64,000 nucleotides of DNA from an uncultured bacterium (GCA_963740635.1 CAVUEQ010000001.1:17026-81025); one strand, 5' to 3'. Shown: positions 46,058-56,138, numbered from the stretch's first letter. Notes: generated by a model not told the origin, from the sequence alone. Program-made: numbers and translations.

Positions 46058-47293
46058 GTGGCCGGAAAAACTACAGAACAAATCTATATCGGGCTAGACA
46101 TTGGCAGCACTAAGGTCTGCTGCATAGTTGGACTCCACGAAGAGGGCGCGGCCCTCCCGAGCGTTATTGGAGTAGGGACGGCGCCCACGAGCGGTATGCG
46201 CAAAGGCGTGGTGGTGGATGTGGAAGAGACGGTATCGGCCATTACGGCGGCGGTGGATGAGGCCGAGCGCATTTCAGGGGTGGCGATAGACCAGGCGACG
46301 ATTTCGATCGACGGCGCTCACGTTTCGAGCCTGAACTCCAAGGGCGTGATAGCAGTCGGCCGGGCCGACCAGGAGATAATGGTCGAGGACCTGGTGCGGG
46401 TGGAGGAGGCGGCAACGGCTATCCAGCTGCCGCCCAACCGTGAGATCATCCAGGTATTTCCGCGGTCTTATTCGGTCGACGGCCAGACCAACATCAAGGA
46501 TCCGGTGGGGATGCATGGGGTGCGGCTGGAGGTGGAGTGCCACATAATCAGCGGGTCGATGCCGGCCATCAAGAACCTGGACCGCAGTATTCACCAGGCC
46601 GGGATCGCGATTGCCGGGCAGGTGCTGGTGCCGCTGGCGGCCGCGCGTGCCGTACTGACCAAGCGCCAGAAGGAGCTGGGGGTGGCTTTGGTGGACATTG
46701 GGGCCGGTACGACCGGCATTGCCGTATATGAGGAGGGTGACATCCTGTACTCGAGCGTGATTCCGGTGGGGGCCGGGCACGTGACGAATGACCTGGCGAT
46801 TGGTCTGAAAACCAGCGTGGATACGGCCGAGAAGATCAAGCTGAAATATGTGCGGGCGCATACCAGCAAGGCGGCCATGGCCGAGAAGATTCGGATTGAG
46901 GAGCTGGAGAGTGACGACAACGTGGTGACCCGGCGCGAGTTGGCCAACATTGCCGGCGCGCGGCTGGATGAGATTTTTCAGATGGTGCGGGCTGAGCTGC
47001 GCAAGGTGGGCAAAGACGTGATGCTACCCGGCGGCGTGGTGCTCACGGGCGGCGGCGCCAAGATGACGGGAATCGAAGAACTGGCCAAGGAAGCGCTGCA
47101 ATTGCCGGTGACCGTTGGTAAGCCTGAGGGTTTTACCGGCATTGTGGACCGCATAAATGACCCGGCGTTCGCGGCGCCGGTGGGGCTGATGCTCGAGAAC
47201 ATGACGCACACCGAAGCCGAAGCGGCTCCTGGGGCCGGAATTGGCCAGACGGTGGACCGGATCAAGAAGACCCTGCGCAACTTATTGCCGTAA
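46058..47293 (+). CDS. ftsA: Cell division protein FtsA
   Basis: Actin-fold motifs GLDIGSTKV, VDIGAGTT, VLTGGGA; GTG start. Confidence 0.92.
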   Translation: MAGKTTEQIYIGLDIGSTKVCCIVGLHEEGAALPSVIGVGTAPTSGMRKGVVVDVEETVSAITAAVDEAERISGVAIDQATISIDGAHVSSLNSKGVIAVGRADQEIMVEDLVRVEEAATAIQLPPNREIIQVFPRSYSVDGQTNIKDPVGMHGVRLEVECHIISGSMPAIKNLDRSIHQAGIAIAGQVLVPLAAARAVLTKRQKELGVALVDIGAGTTGIAVYEEGDILYSSVIPVGAGHVTNDLAIGLKTSVDTAEKIKLKYVRAHTSKAAMAEKIRIEELESDDNVVTRRELANIAGARLDEIFQMVRAELRKVGKDVMLPGGVVLTGGGAKMTGIEELAKEALQLPVTVGKPEGFTGIVDRINDPAFAAPVGLMLENMTHTEAEAAPGAGIGQTVDRIKKTLRNLLP

Positions 47294-47411
47294 AGAAGCT
47301 AGTTGTGGAAAACTATTTCGCTTAATCCGAAGGCTACGTTAAGGGAAAAAATGCGAATATTGCGCATATATGTTGCGCAAATTCTTAACCTCTTTGAGCC
47401 GAATAAAAAAT

Positions 47412-47440
47412 TTGCATTCAAGAATGTGTGCAGTTATAGT
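47412..47440 (+). promoter_or_regulatory. Candidate ftsZ promoter
   Basis: TTGCAT, 17 nt, TATAGT in the AT-rich ftsA-ftsZ spacer. Confidence 0.5.
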
Positions 47441-47492
47441 CAGGCATGTACTCGTTTCGAGAAAGCGAGTCCTGGTGGTAAGGAGTTAATGC

Positions 47493-48896
47493 ATGGCTGA
47501 GATTATGCCCGACGTTGATACGTCAGCCCGAATTAAAGTGATAGGCGTGGGTGGCGGCGGCAATTCGGCAGTGAACCGCATGATTGATTCAAGGTTGCGG
47601 GGAGTCGAGTTCGTAGTCATTAATACGGATGCGCAGGCCCTGTTGCACGCCAAGGCCCAAAATAAGGTCCATATCGGCCGCGAAACGACCCGCGGCCTGG
47701 GGGCAGGCGCTGACCCCGAGGTGGGCAAGCGCGCCGCCGAAGAAAGCGAAAAGGAAATATACGAAGCCGTAAAAGGCGCCGACATGATTTTCATAACCCT
47801 GGGCCAGGGCGGCGGCACCGGTACCGGCGCGGCCCCGCTGATCGCCTCGGCGGCGCGTGAGGCCGGTGCGTTGGTGGTGGCGATTGTGACGAAACCGTTT
47901 ACGTTTGAAGGCGAGCGGCGCCGGCGGAGCGCCGATGCGGGAATCGTGGAGCTGAAGGACAATGTCGATACCTTAATTACGATCCCGAACGACCGGTTGC
48001 TCCAGATGATCGACCGCAAAACCAGCCTCGTGGACGCGTTTGGGATTGTGGATGAGGTGTTGCAGCAAGGTGTGCAGGGAATTTCGAGCCTCATTACTAT
48101 TCATGGCTTGATCAACCTCGACTTTGCCGATGTGAAGGCGATCATGAGCAATGCGGGCTCGGCGCTGATGGGCATCGGCCGGGCGTCGGGCGACAACCGG
48201 GCGGTGGAGGCCGCGCGCCAGGCGATTGACTCGCCGCTGCTCGAAACCAGCATCGAGGGCGCGCGCGGGGTGCTGTTTAACATTACCGGCGGCCGCAACA
48301 TGACGATGCATGAGATTGACGAGGCGGCTAAGACCGTCACCAATGCGGTTGACCCCGATGCCAACATCATCTTTGGGGCGGTGCTCGACGATCAGCTCGA
48401 CGATGATTTGCAGATAACCGTGGTGGCAACCGGATTTGAGGTTAGCAAGCGGTTGGTGCACCCGCGGCCGAGTATTACGCATGAGCCGGTGAGGCAGGTC
48501 CAGGAGCTGGAGCCTGAGCCCGGCTCGGAGCCCGAACCAGAACCGGTGTTGCCATATTCGTCGGAGGTGGTGCCGGCGCCCCGCCAGCCGTTTATTAACG
48601 AGCGGCCGCAGTCTGAGCCGGAGGTGGAGGTCGTGCCGATAGAGGTGCCGCCGGTGGAGGCAGCCCCGCCGAGGCGGTTCGCGTCGCTGGCGTCGATTGA
48701 GCCGGCGGAAGAGGAGCCGAAGCCCAGGCATCGGTATGAACAAGCGCCGGCGGAAGCGGCCGCATCTGAACCGGCCTACGAGGACACCGTGGAGGAGCCG
48801 GCGGCGGTTCATCAGCGGGCTGCCGAGCAGGATATGGGAATCCCGGAGGAAGATGATCTTGACGTGCCGGCGTTTATCCGCCGAAAGGTTGATTAG
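47493..48896 (+). CDS. ftsZ: Cell division protein FtsZ
   Basis: [20 protein letters not shown] tubulin signature; long acidic/P-rich linker; C-terminal [10 protein letters not shown] peptide. Confidence 0.97.
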   Translation: MAEIMPDVDTSARIKVIGVGGGGNSAVNRMIDSRLRGVEFVVINTDAQALLHAKAQNKVHIGRETTRGLGAGADPEVGKRAAEESEKEIYEAVKGADMIFITLGQGGGTGTGAAPLIASAAREAGALVVAIVTKPFTFEGERRRRSADAGIVELKDNVDTLITIPNDRLLQMIDRKTSLVDAFGIVDEVLQQGVQGISSLITIHGLINLDFADVKAIMSNAGSALMGIGRASGDNRAVEAARQAIDSPLLETSIEGARGVLFNITGGRNMTMHEIDEAAKTVTNAVDPDANIIFGAVLDDQLDDDLQITVVATGFEVSKRLVHPRPSITHEPVRQVQELEPEPGSEPEPEPVLPYSSEVVPAPRQPFINERPQSEPEVEVVPIEVPPVEAAPPRRFASLASIEPAEEEPKPRHRYEQAPAEAAASEPAYEDTVEEPAAVHQRAAEQDMGIPEEDDLDVPAFIRRKVD

Positions 48897-49157
48897 ATGA
48901 TAACGTATGTGCTCTTCAATAAAGATACGCCGGCGGAGCGCCAAGCCGGTGAGCTGGTGGAGCGCTTCAAGGCCGACCAGGTGGATGCTGAGCTGCTCGA
49001 CGCCGACAGCCCGCGGGGCATCCAACTAGCCGAAACCTACGACATCATGGGCCGCCCAGCGGTGATCCTCCTGAAAGCTGACGGTGCGCCGGTGAAAGTG
49101 TGGCAGGGCGAGGATATTCCGACGGTGGCCGAGGTGGGCTATTTGTCCCGGCAATAG
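48897..49157 (+). CDS. Small thioredoxin-fold-like protein without CxxC, hypothetical
   Basis: 86-aa ORF in the division cluster; the fold assignment is tentative. Confidence 0.55.
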   Translation: MITYVLFNKDTPAERQAGELVERFKADQVDAELLDADSPRGIQLAETYDIMGRPAVILLKADGAPVKVWQGEDIPTVAEVGYLSRQ

Positions 49158-49188
49158 GCGCGTGGTGAGCTTATGGTAGCATAGGTTT

Positions 49189-49446
49189 ATGCTTACGCTC
49201 GTAGTGGTCACGTTTGTGGATTTGTTTGTGCCGTTTTTTTCGGGCGTGTTGCTGTTGCGGGTAATCCTGAGCTACCTGATGCGTCCGGGGAGCCGGCTGA
49301 TGGAGGCACTCGTAGGCCTCACCGATCCATTGCTGGCCCCGCTGCGGAAGATTTTGCCGCCGGCCGCGGGTGTGGATTTTTCGCCGCTGGTGGCGTTGCT
49401 GCTGCTCCAGGGCCTGCAGACGCTGGTTGATAACCTCGTGCACTAG
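49189..49446 (+). CDS. yggT: YggT-family membrane protein
   Basis: LLRVILSYL....L..LTDPLL.PLRKILP..GVDFSP pattern. Confidence 0.85.
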   Translation: MLTLVVVTFVDLFVPFFSGVLLLRVILSYLMRPGSRLMEALVGLTDPLLAPLRKILPPAAGVDFSPLVALLLLQGLQTLVDNLVH

Positions 49447-49700
49447 CGGTTTTGAGCGTCGCCAGGTATAATAAGCTGACAATTTGGCAAAGCACTCCCA
49501 TCCCAATTCTGCAGTGGTAATTACGATGGGATAAGCGGCTATCATCCGCGACGCTGCTCGAAGAACGGCCCCAGTGGCCGACTAGACCGGGACGTTGGCA
49601 ACTGGCGACAGCAGTTGAAATGAAGTGTCCATCTGGAAAGCAGGGTGGTACCGCCCGCTCCGAGTGTGAGAGGGTCCCTGCAATGTCAGATGGTTTTTTG
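49447..49700 (+). promoter_or_regulatory. T-box riboswitch leader (Ile) with intrinsic terminator
   Basis: T-box core AGGGTGGTACCGC at 49642-49655. Stem I base agcgtcgc / gcgacgct. Candidate specifier AUC-A at 49541-49544. Terminator ccatctg...cagatgg plus T6 (49629-49699). Confidence 0.75.
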
Positions 49701-49712
49701 ATTAGGAGACGC

Positions 49713-52640
49713 ATGAAGAAAGCTGTTACCCCCGATTTTCCGCAGTTTGAAGCCGAAATGCTCAAGGCTTGGGATAAAGAGAAGACATTCGAGAAAAGCC
49801 TGGAGCAACGCAAGGACGCCAAGCGCTTTAGTTTTTATGACGGCCCGCCGTTTGCGAATGGCTTGCCGCATTACGGGCACGTGGTGGCATTGACCGAAAA
49901 AGACGCGGTAACACGCTATAAGTCGATGCGCGGATACTACGTGCCGCGCCGCAATGGTTGGGATACGCATGGTTTGCCGGTGGAGTACGAGGTAGAGAAG
50001 CAGCTCGGGATCTCCGGAAAACGCCAGATCGTGGATATGGGGGTCGACAAGTTCAATCAAGCCGCGCGGGCTAGCGTATTCAAGTATCAGGGTGAGTGGG
50101 AAGAACTGATGCGGCGCATCGGGCGCTGGGCTGATTTTGAGAATTCGTATGCGTCGCTTGATGACAATTACATTGAGAGCGTGTGGTGGGTGCTTAGCGA
50201 ATTGCACAAAAAAGGGCTGGTTTACCGGGGATTCCGCAGTAACCCGTATTGTCCGCGGTGCGCTACGCCGCTGAGCAACTTCGAGGTCAACCAGAACTAC
50301 AAGGACGACGTGCCTGACCCGAGCGTGTACGTCAAGTTCCAGGTGGTGGGCCGCCCCGACACCTCATTCCTGGTGTGGACGACCACGCCATGGACGTTGC
50401 CGGCCAACGCGGCACTGGCGGTGGCGGCCGATGCCAAGTATGTGACCGTGCAGCTGACACATGATTCTGATTACGGTAAGGCAGGCGAGAAACTGGTACT
50501 GGCCGAGTCGAGGGTTGGCGAGCTGCGGTTGCGAAATGTCGATTTTCGACATTTGGAGAACGCGCAGGGATCGGAGCTGGCCGGACAGGAGTATGTGCCG
50601 TTGTACAAGGGCCTGATGGAGCTAAATGATGCAGCTCACAAGGTATACATGGACGAATCAGTGAGCCTGGAGGATGGCACCGGTATCTTGCACGTGGCGC
50701 CGCGGTACGGCGAGACCGACCTGGCGCTGGGGTTGCGGGTGGGGCTGCCGCTGATCGAAAGCGTGAACGGATATGGCAAGATGGTGGACGGATTTGCGGA
50801 GGTAGATGGCCTGGGTGAGATCGCGGGCATGTTCTTTAAGGAGGCCGACCGCCACATTATCGCTGATCTGGGGCGCCGTGGCCTGATATTCGCGGCCGAG
50901 ACGTTTAAGCACACCTATCCGTTTTGCTGGCGCTGCGAGACGCCGCTGCTGTACTTCGCGATGCCGAGCTGGTTCGTAAAGGTGACGGACCTGCGCGACC
51001 GGTTGGTGGCCAATAACGAGCGGATCCATTGGGTGCCGGGGCATATCAAGACCGGCCGGTTTGGCAACTGGCTGGCCGAGGCGCGGGACTGGAACTTTTC
51101 TCGCAACCGTTTCTGGGGTGCGCCGCTGCCTATATGGGTGAACACCGAGGATGAAAATGATTTGCTCGTGGTGGGCTCGCTGGAGGAATTGCGGGAGCTG
51201 ACCGGTCACAAGGGCGAATTTGACCTCCACCGGCCGGCGGTGGACAACCTGGAGATCAAGCGGAATGGCAAAACCTACCGTCGCGTCGAGGAGGTGTTTG
51301 ACTGCTGGTTTGAGAGCGGGGCGATGCCTTATGCCCAGGACCATTTTCCGTTTGAGCATAAAGGGGCTTTTGACCAGGCGTTTCCGGCTGAGTTTATTGC
51401 GGAGGGTCTGGACCAGACACGCGGGTGGTTTTATACCTTGCATGTATTAGGGACGGCGCTGTTTGATAAGCCGGCCTTTAAGAATGTGATCGTGCATGGG
51501 ATGGTGCTGGCGGCGGATGGCAAGAAACTGAGCAAGCGGCTTCGCAATTACCCGGATCCGGGCGAGATTTTTGAGAGCACAGGCGCCGACAGCCTGCGGT
51601 TTTTCCTGATGAGTAGCCCGGTGGAGAACGGTGAGGACGTGCGGTTTAGTTTCGACGCGGTTAATGAAGTGAAGCGCAACGTGTTTATGACGTTGTGGAA
51701 CACTTATTCGTTCTTGAGCACGTATGCGGAGATCGACGGGTGGAATCCTGGCAAAAGCTTGGAAGAGCCACATAGTGACAATCTGCTGGACCGCTGGCTG
51801 TTAGCGCGGCTGAACGAAACGATTGCCGAAGCGACCAAGCAGGCCGACAAGTACCAGATCGCGCGGGCGGTGCGGCCGCTGCGGGAGTTGATCGATGATT
51901 TGTCGAATTGGTACGTTCGCCGAAGCCGCCGGCGGTTTTGGAAGAGTGAACAAACGACAGATAAGAATAATGCCTATGGGACTTTGCACTACGTGCTTTG
52001 TAGAATTGCACAGCTGATGGCTCCGTGGGCGCCGTTTGCTTCGGACAAGATGTGGCGGGAGTTGACGGCCGGGATGGACGAAGCCCGGAGCGTGCATTTG
52101 AGTGATTGGCCGGAGGCCGGGAAGGTTGATGCGGAGCTGCTGGGGCAAATGGCCGAAGCGCGCAACGTGGTGAGCGAAGGATTGTCGGTGCGCGGTGAGC
52201 ATAAGATCAAAGTGCGGCAACCCTTGGCGAAGCTGGCGTATGGCACGGACGGGCGGTTAGACGAGGAGCTTGAGCGGATAATAGCCGAAGAGGTGAACGT
52301 GAAGGCAGTAGTTTGGGGTAAGGATTTGGGCGAAGACAAGGTGATGCTCGATGTGCAACTGACGCCCGAACTGAAGGCCGAGGGGCTGATGCGCGAAATA
52401 GTGCGGCAGGTGCAGAGCGCGCGCAAGGCGGCCGGCCTGGAGGTGGACGACCGGATAGTGCTGACGCTTGCGACGAGCTCGAAGGAGCTGGCGGCGGCGG
52501 TTGAGGCGCATGGGCATGTGATTGCAGCCGAGACCCTGGCCCGCGAAATCAACACCGAGGGCGCCGAAGGTGAAGTGCCGGTGCGGATTGACGGCGCCGA
52601 GCTGTATATCGGGATCGAGAAGGCGAAAAAAGCCGCGTAG
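49713..52640 (+). CDS. ileS: Isoleucine--tRNA ligase
   Basis: HYGH and KLSKR class I motifs, CP1 editing domain; AGGAG RBS before the ATG at 49713. Confidence 0.97.
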   Translation: MKKAVTPDFPQFEAEMLKAWDKEKTFEKSLEQRKDAKRFSFYDGPPFANGLPHYGHVVALTEKDAVTRYKSMRGYYVPRRNGWDTHGLPVEYEVEKQLGISGKRQIVDMGVDKFNQAARASVFKYQGEWEELMRRIGRWADFENSYASLDDNYIESVWWVLSELHKKGLVYRGFRSNPYCPRCATPLSNFEVNQNYKDDVPDPSVYVKFQVVGRPDTSFLVWTTTPWTLPANAALAVAADAKYVTVQLTHDSDYGKAGEKLVLAESRVGELRLRNVDFRHLENAQGSELAGQEYVPLYKGLMELNDAAHKVYMDESVSLEDGTGILHVAPRYGETDLALGLRVGLPLIESVNGYGKMVDGFAEVDGLGEIAGMFFKEADRHIIADLGRRGLIFAAETFKHTYPFCWRCETPLLYFAMPSWFVKVTDLRDRLVANNERIHWVPGHIKTGRFGNWLAEARDWNFSRNRFWGAPLPIWVNTEDENDLLVVGSLEELRELTGHKGEFDLHRPAVDNLEIKRNGKTYRRVEEVFDCWFESGAMPYAQDHFPFEHKGAFDQAFPAEFIAEGLDQTRGWFYTLHVLGTALFDKPAFKNVIVHGMVLAADGKKLSKRLRNYPDPGEIFESTGADSLRFFLMSSPVENGEDVRFSFDAVNEVKRNVFMTLWNTYSFLSTYAEIDGWNPGKSLEEPHSDNLLDRWLLARLNETIAEATKQADKYQIARAVRPLRELIDDLSNWYVRRSRRRFWKSEQTTDKNNAYGTLHYVLCRIAQLMAPWAPFASDKMWRELTAGMDEARSVHLSDWPEAGKVDAELLGQMAEARNVVSEGLSVRGEHKIKVRQPLAKLAYGTDGRLDEELERIIAEEVNVKAVVWGKDLGEDKVMLDVQLTPELKAEGLMREIVRQVQSARKAAGLEVDDRIVLTLATSSKELAAAVEAHGHVIAAETLAREINTEGAEGEVPVRIDGAELYIGIEKAKKAA

Positions 52641-52649
52641 ACAGCAATC

Positions 52650-52687
52650 GACCCCCTTGCCGCCCGTGAAGGCGCGGCGAGGGGGTC
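52650..52687. terminator. Bidirectional hairpin terminator between ileS and a convergent small gene
   Basis: 14-bp stem gacccccttgccgc / gcggcgagggggtc with a 10-nt loop. Confidence 0.55.
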
Positions 52688-52722
52688 TGATTGGACCTGC
52701 GGAGACTGGAGCCTCCTGGAGG

Positions 52723-52914
52723 TCAGGCGGCGCTGGTCGCCTGCACGGAGAGACAGGTGACGCGGGTGCGCCGTGGGATGCCGCCGACGACGGTGGTACG
52801 TCGTGACGCCATGATGGGCTCGCCCTTCGCGTTGTGTCGGAGCACGGGTCGTGCCGAGGGCACGTGACCGGTGTTCAACATCGCATCGAGGAGCTTCTTT
52901 GCAGGCTCGAGCAT
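52723..52914 (-). CDS. 63-aa basic protein, hypothetical
   Basis: AAAGGAG RBS plus ATG (MLEPAKKLLDAMLNTGH...), own promoter and terminator. No family recognised. Confidence 0.4.
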   Translation of the reverse strand: MLEPAKKLLDAMLNTGHVPSARPVLRHNAKGEPIMASRRTTVVGGIPRRTRVTCLSVQATSAA

Positions 52915-52987
52915 TGCTCGCTCCTTTGTGATAGGTCCGATGCGGTATGAGACCGCGGGCAACGACCGGGTGTCGCTGCTAGAAATT

Positions 52988-53015
52988 ATCATACCACCTA
53001 TTGACAAAATGTCAA
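52988..53015 (-). promoter_or_regulatory. Candidate promoter with a palindromic -35 (TTGACAAAATGTCAA)
   Basis: On the minus strand: TTGACA, 16 nt, TATGAT. The -35 lies within the perfect palindrome at 53001-53015. Confidence 0.45.
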
Positions 53016-53075
53016 GCAGATTTTGTGACTATGGTCACTGCAAAAAGGCGGTGTTTGTGAAGGGGGAAGCCACTT

Positions 53076-54239
53076 ATGGCTTGGGGAAAAATCGGACACT
53101 TCCGATACGTTATGATATGGGCAGTGTTAAAATCGCGCTTCTGGAAAAATTTCGACTGGGTATTGTTGGCCGTGATGGTGCTGCTGGTGGCGCTGGGGTT
53201 GTTGGTGATTTATTCGACATCATTTAAGGCTACCAAACTGATCAGTCTCACGGATGTGTGGCACCAGTTGGTGTTTGCGGTGGGCGGTCTGGGGGCGTTT
53301 TTCTTCATGGCCCGGGTGGATTACCGCACGTGGTTTAAGCTCACGCCGTGGATCTATGGCGTGACATTGCTGCTGCTCGTGATCGTGATTTTGTCGTCGC
53401 GGGCCGTGCTGGGGGCTCAGAGGTGGATTGACCTGGGGTTCTTCCAGTTCCAGCCGTCGGAGTTTGCGAAGCTGGTGTTGATAATTGGGCTGGCGAAGTT
53501 TTTTTCTGACCATTACGACCAGATGCACCGGGTGCGGTACCTGGCGCTGTCGCTTGGGTACGTGGCGGTGCCGGTGGCGCTGGTGATGCGGCAGCCCGAC
53601 CTCGGTACTGCGCTGGTGCTGGTGGCGATTTGGCTGGCGATGGCGCTGGTGAGCCGCGTGCGCAAGCTGCATTTGCTGGTGCTGGGCCTGGCGGGGCTGG
53701 CGCTGATGCCATATATTCTGAACCATCTCAAGGCCTACCAACGCGACCGGCTCACCAGCTTCCTGAACCCGCACGCCGACCCGCTGGGGGCCGGCCACAA
53801 TGTGATCCAATCCACCATTACGATCGGGAGCGGGCAGGTGTTTGGGCGCGGACTTGGGGCTGGGTCGCAGAGCCAGCTGAATTTCCTGCCGAGCCTGGCA
53901 CAGCACACGGACTTTATTTTTGCCGTCCTGAACGAAAAATTGGGCTTTGTGGGTGGCATGTTGGTGCTGGCGCTATTTGGGGTGCTGCTGTACCGCGGCG
54001 TGCGCATCGCCTACATCGCGGGCGACCGGTTCGGGATGTTTTTGGCCGTGGGGGTGACCGCCATGATTTTATTCCACGTGTTTATTAACGCGGGCATGAA
54101 TATGGGCATCGCGCCGGTGACGGGCATTCCGCTGCCGTTTGTGAGCTACGGCGGCACGGCGCTGATAGTGGCGATGGCAAGCCTCGGGCTGCTCGAAAGC
54201 ATTACGGTGCGCCGCAAGAAATTGCAGTTCGAGGGCTAA
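53076..54239 (+). CDS. SEDS-family peptidoglycan glycosyltransferase (FtsW/RodA)
   Basis: About 10 TM; QPSEFAK, RQPDLGT and PLPFVSYGG motifs. Confidence 0.9.
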   Translation: MAWGKIGHFRYVMIWAVLKSRFWKNFDWVLLAVMVLLVALGLLVIYSTSFKATKLISLTDVWHQLVFAVGGLGAFFFMARVDYRTWFKLTPWIYGVTLLLLVIVILSSRAVLGAQRWIDLGFFQFQPSEFAKLVLIIGLAKFFSDHYDQMHRVRYLALSLGYVAVPVALVMRQPDLGTALVLVAIWLAMALVSRVRKLHLLVLGLAGLALMPYILNHLKAYQRDRLTSFLNPHADPLGAGHNVIQSTITIGSGQVFGRGLGAGSQSQLNFLPSLAQHTDFIFAVLNEKLGFVGGMLVLALFGVLLYRGVRIAYIAGDRFGMFLAVGVTAMILFHVFINAGMNMGIAPVTGIPLPFVSYGGTALIVAMASLGLLESITVRRKKLQFEG

Positions 54240-54291
54240 TCTGGGATAATTTGGGCGTCCTGTCGTGCCTGTCCGAAGGTGGCTGATCCAG

Positions 54292-54726
54292 ATGATGATA
54301 GTTGTAACGTGGCCGCATTTCGCGGCGGTTGTGGGCTTTGAGCCAGGCCGGGGGTCGCGCCTGAATTTGGCGGAGAGGATCTACGCCTGGCTGCGCCATC
54401 CCAGCATGAACCAGAATGTCCAGCTTGTGGCGGTCCCCGGCAGTATGGCCGACGGCCGCGAGATCGGGGTGACCCTGTCGAGTCTCGGCAGGCTGACGGA
54501 AGACGCATTCTGGATGCGACAGCTGGCCAGCCGGCATGGCGGCAAAGCGGCCAGAATGCTGAACAACGTGGTAACCCACGTCCGCTCAGCAGCGCTCGAT
54601 GTTCCCCCGGATATTGCCATGGATGACGACCGGCGGTGCGCGTCGTGCAAGAACCTGCTGTGTCTAGCGCCGCCGGATGTTTTCTGTCCGCGCTGCGGAA
54701 AACATTTTCCCGCGCGGGAAGCCTAG
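54292..54726 (+). CDS. Hypothetical protein with C-terminal zinc ribbon
   Basis: GAAGGTGG RBS about 10 nt before the ATGATG; CASC...CPRC at the C-terminus. The antisense ORF looks non-protein-like. Confidence 0.4.
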   Translation: MMIVVTWPHFAAVVGFEPGRGSRLNLAERIYAWLRHPSMNQNVQLVAVPGSMADGREIGVTLSSLGRLTEDAFWMRQLASRHGGKAARMLNNVVTHVRSAALDVPPDIAMDDDRRCASCKNLLCLAPPDVFCPRCGKHFPAREA

Positions 54727-54880
54727 CCGGCGGGGGACGGCGGACATAAGACGAAATTTTGCCCCGGATGGCTTCCCGTGTGGGTTGCTATCCGGGCGCA
54801 AAGCTGTTAATATCGTCAAGTTAAGCCAAAATAATGCAATGCACGCCTGCTAGACCCAGGCACGAAAGGGGCAACGCAAA

Positions 54881-55201
54881 ATGCAAGCAGTGATCGCTTC
54901 CGGTGGGAAGCAGTATCTGGTGGAGAAGGACCAAGTGCTCGAGATCGAGCTATTGGGCGACGCCAAAAAGGCGGAAGGTGCGCCGCGGCGGGCGGAATTT
55001 GACGTGTTGCTGTTGATCGACGGTGACAAGGTGCAGGTGGGCGCGCCGCACGTGGCCGGCGCCAAGGTGCACGCGGAAGTGCTGGACGAAGTGAAAGGTG
55101 AGAAGCTCAAGGTGCTGAAATTTAAGCCCAAGAAGCGCATTAAGCGCCTGACTGGTCACCGGCAGCATTACTCGAGGGTCAAGATCACGAAGATCGGGTA
55201 A
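54881..55201 (+). CDS. rplU: 50S ribosomal protein L21
   Basis: MQAVIASGGKQY.V...........KFK.KKR..R..GHRQ.Y..V.I. Confidence 0.95.
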   Translation: MQAVIASGGKQYLVEKDQVLEIELLGDAKKAEGAPRRAEFDVLLLIDGDKVQVGAPHVAGAKVHAEVLDEVKGEKLKVLKFKPKKRIKRLTGHRQHYSRVKITKIG

Positions 55202-55246
55202 ATTTTGTTTTTTAGCGGAAGGCCCCGCGGTTGCGGGACTTTGCTA

Positions 55247-56138
55247 GGCTCATTCAACTAAAACGGAACAAGCACTAGAATCAAGTTGCGGAAACAACTA
55301 AAGCTAGGAGGCCTGTCCCGTGTATACGGTACTCGATTTACCCGTAGATGACTACGGATGCGTCCAAATAATCATCAATCATATCTTTCCTGAGGGCGCC
55401 CGGTGTCCCTGGAAGCATCACCCAGGTATTTGCCTGAGAGAGAAGTATCTGTGGTGCCGAAGCTGCCGTCGCAAGTGGAGCCTCAAAAAGATGCTGGGCT
55501 TTGGGTACGCCAAGCTCAGCTGGCGGCAGATCCTGGCGCTTGTCCTGGGCTGGGTGCGTAAACTTTCACCGGGTGACATCCTGGGCATGGTAGGCACCAG
55601 CTACGAAACCATCCAGCGGTGGTTGGAACGGCTGCGCAAGCGATTGCCAGAGGATGCCGGCAAGCTGGCCGGATTGGTCGAAATAGACCAATCATATCTG
55701 GGGCGCAAGAAGCACGGCAACCAAGTGCTCGTCATGGGCGTGGTGGACCGCGAGACTGACGAGGTTCGCATCCGCGTCATCCCCGACATGGAGCAAGACA
55801 GCGTCGAGGGCTTCCTAGACGACTGGGTCGAGCCGGAAACCTTGATTCATGCCGACGCTCACGCCTCACATTTAAGCCTGGAGGACGTGGGTTACGGCCT
55901 CGTGTTGTGCAACCACGACCGAGGCCACTTTGGTCCCACGAACCGGATTGAGGGTGTCTGGAGTAGTTTTGACAGGTTTGTTATTCGTACCCGGGTCCAA
56001 TTCCTAAAGCGATCCTTGCCTGGGTTACTGCAGGAGTACTGTGCGCGGAGAAACCGCCCAGAACTCTTTACGGACCCGCTAACATTCCTTACCCTTACAA
56101 GTAACTTGACCTAGTGTTCCGTTTTCGTGGAATGAGCC
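55247..56138 (+). mobile_element. IS1595-family insertion sequence, copy B (diverged), 892 bp
   Basis: Terminal inverted repeats ggctcattcaactaaaacggaaca / ggctcattccacgaaaacggaaca (22 of 24). 8-bp direct repeat CTTTGCTA at 55239-55246 and 56139-56146. Confidence 0.85.
55320..56114 (+). CDS. IS1595-family transposase
   Basis: Colinear with 4358-5155 (same zinc ribbon and DDE blocks; roughly 60% identical by eye); AGGAGG RBS; GTG start. Confidence 0.85.
   Translation: MYTVLDLPVDDYGCVQIIINHIFPEGARCPWKHHPGICLREKYLWCRSCRRKWSLKKMLGFGYAKLSWRQILALVLGWVRKLSPGDILGMVGTSYETIQRWLERLRKRLPEDAGKLAGLVEIDQSYLGRKKHGNQVLVMGVVDRETDEVRIRVIPDMEQDSVEGFLDDWVEPETLIHADAHASHLSLEDVGYGLVLCNHDRGHFGPTNRIEGVWSSFDRFVIRTRVQFLKRSLPGLLQEYCARRNRPELFTDPLTFLTLTSNLT

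Noticed and set aside
47973-49025. 350-aa minus-strand ORF
   Set aside because: It is antisense to ftsZ and the following gene. It is R/H/L-rich and not protein-like.
49467-49472. A perfect TATAAT, considered as the ileS promoter -10
   Set aside because: It has no acceptable -35 at 16-18 nt. It also lies inside the proposed T-box Stem I, downstream of the helix's 5' strand, so a start here would delete Stem I.
52871-53227. 118-aa plus-strand ORF
   Set aside because: It spans the divergent promoter region and overlaps the start of the SEDS gene out of frame. There is no RBS.
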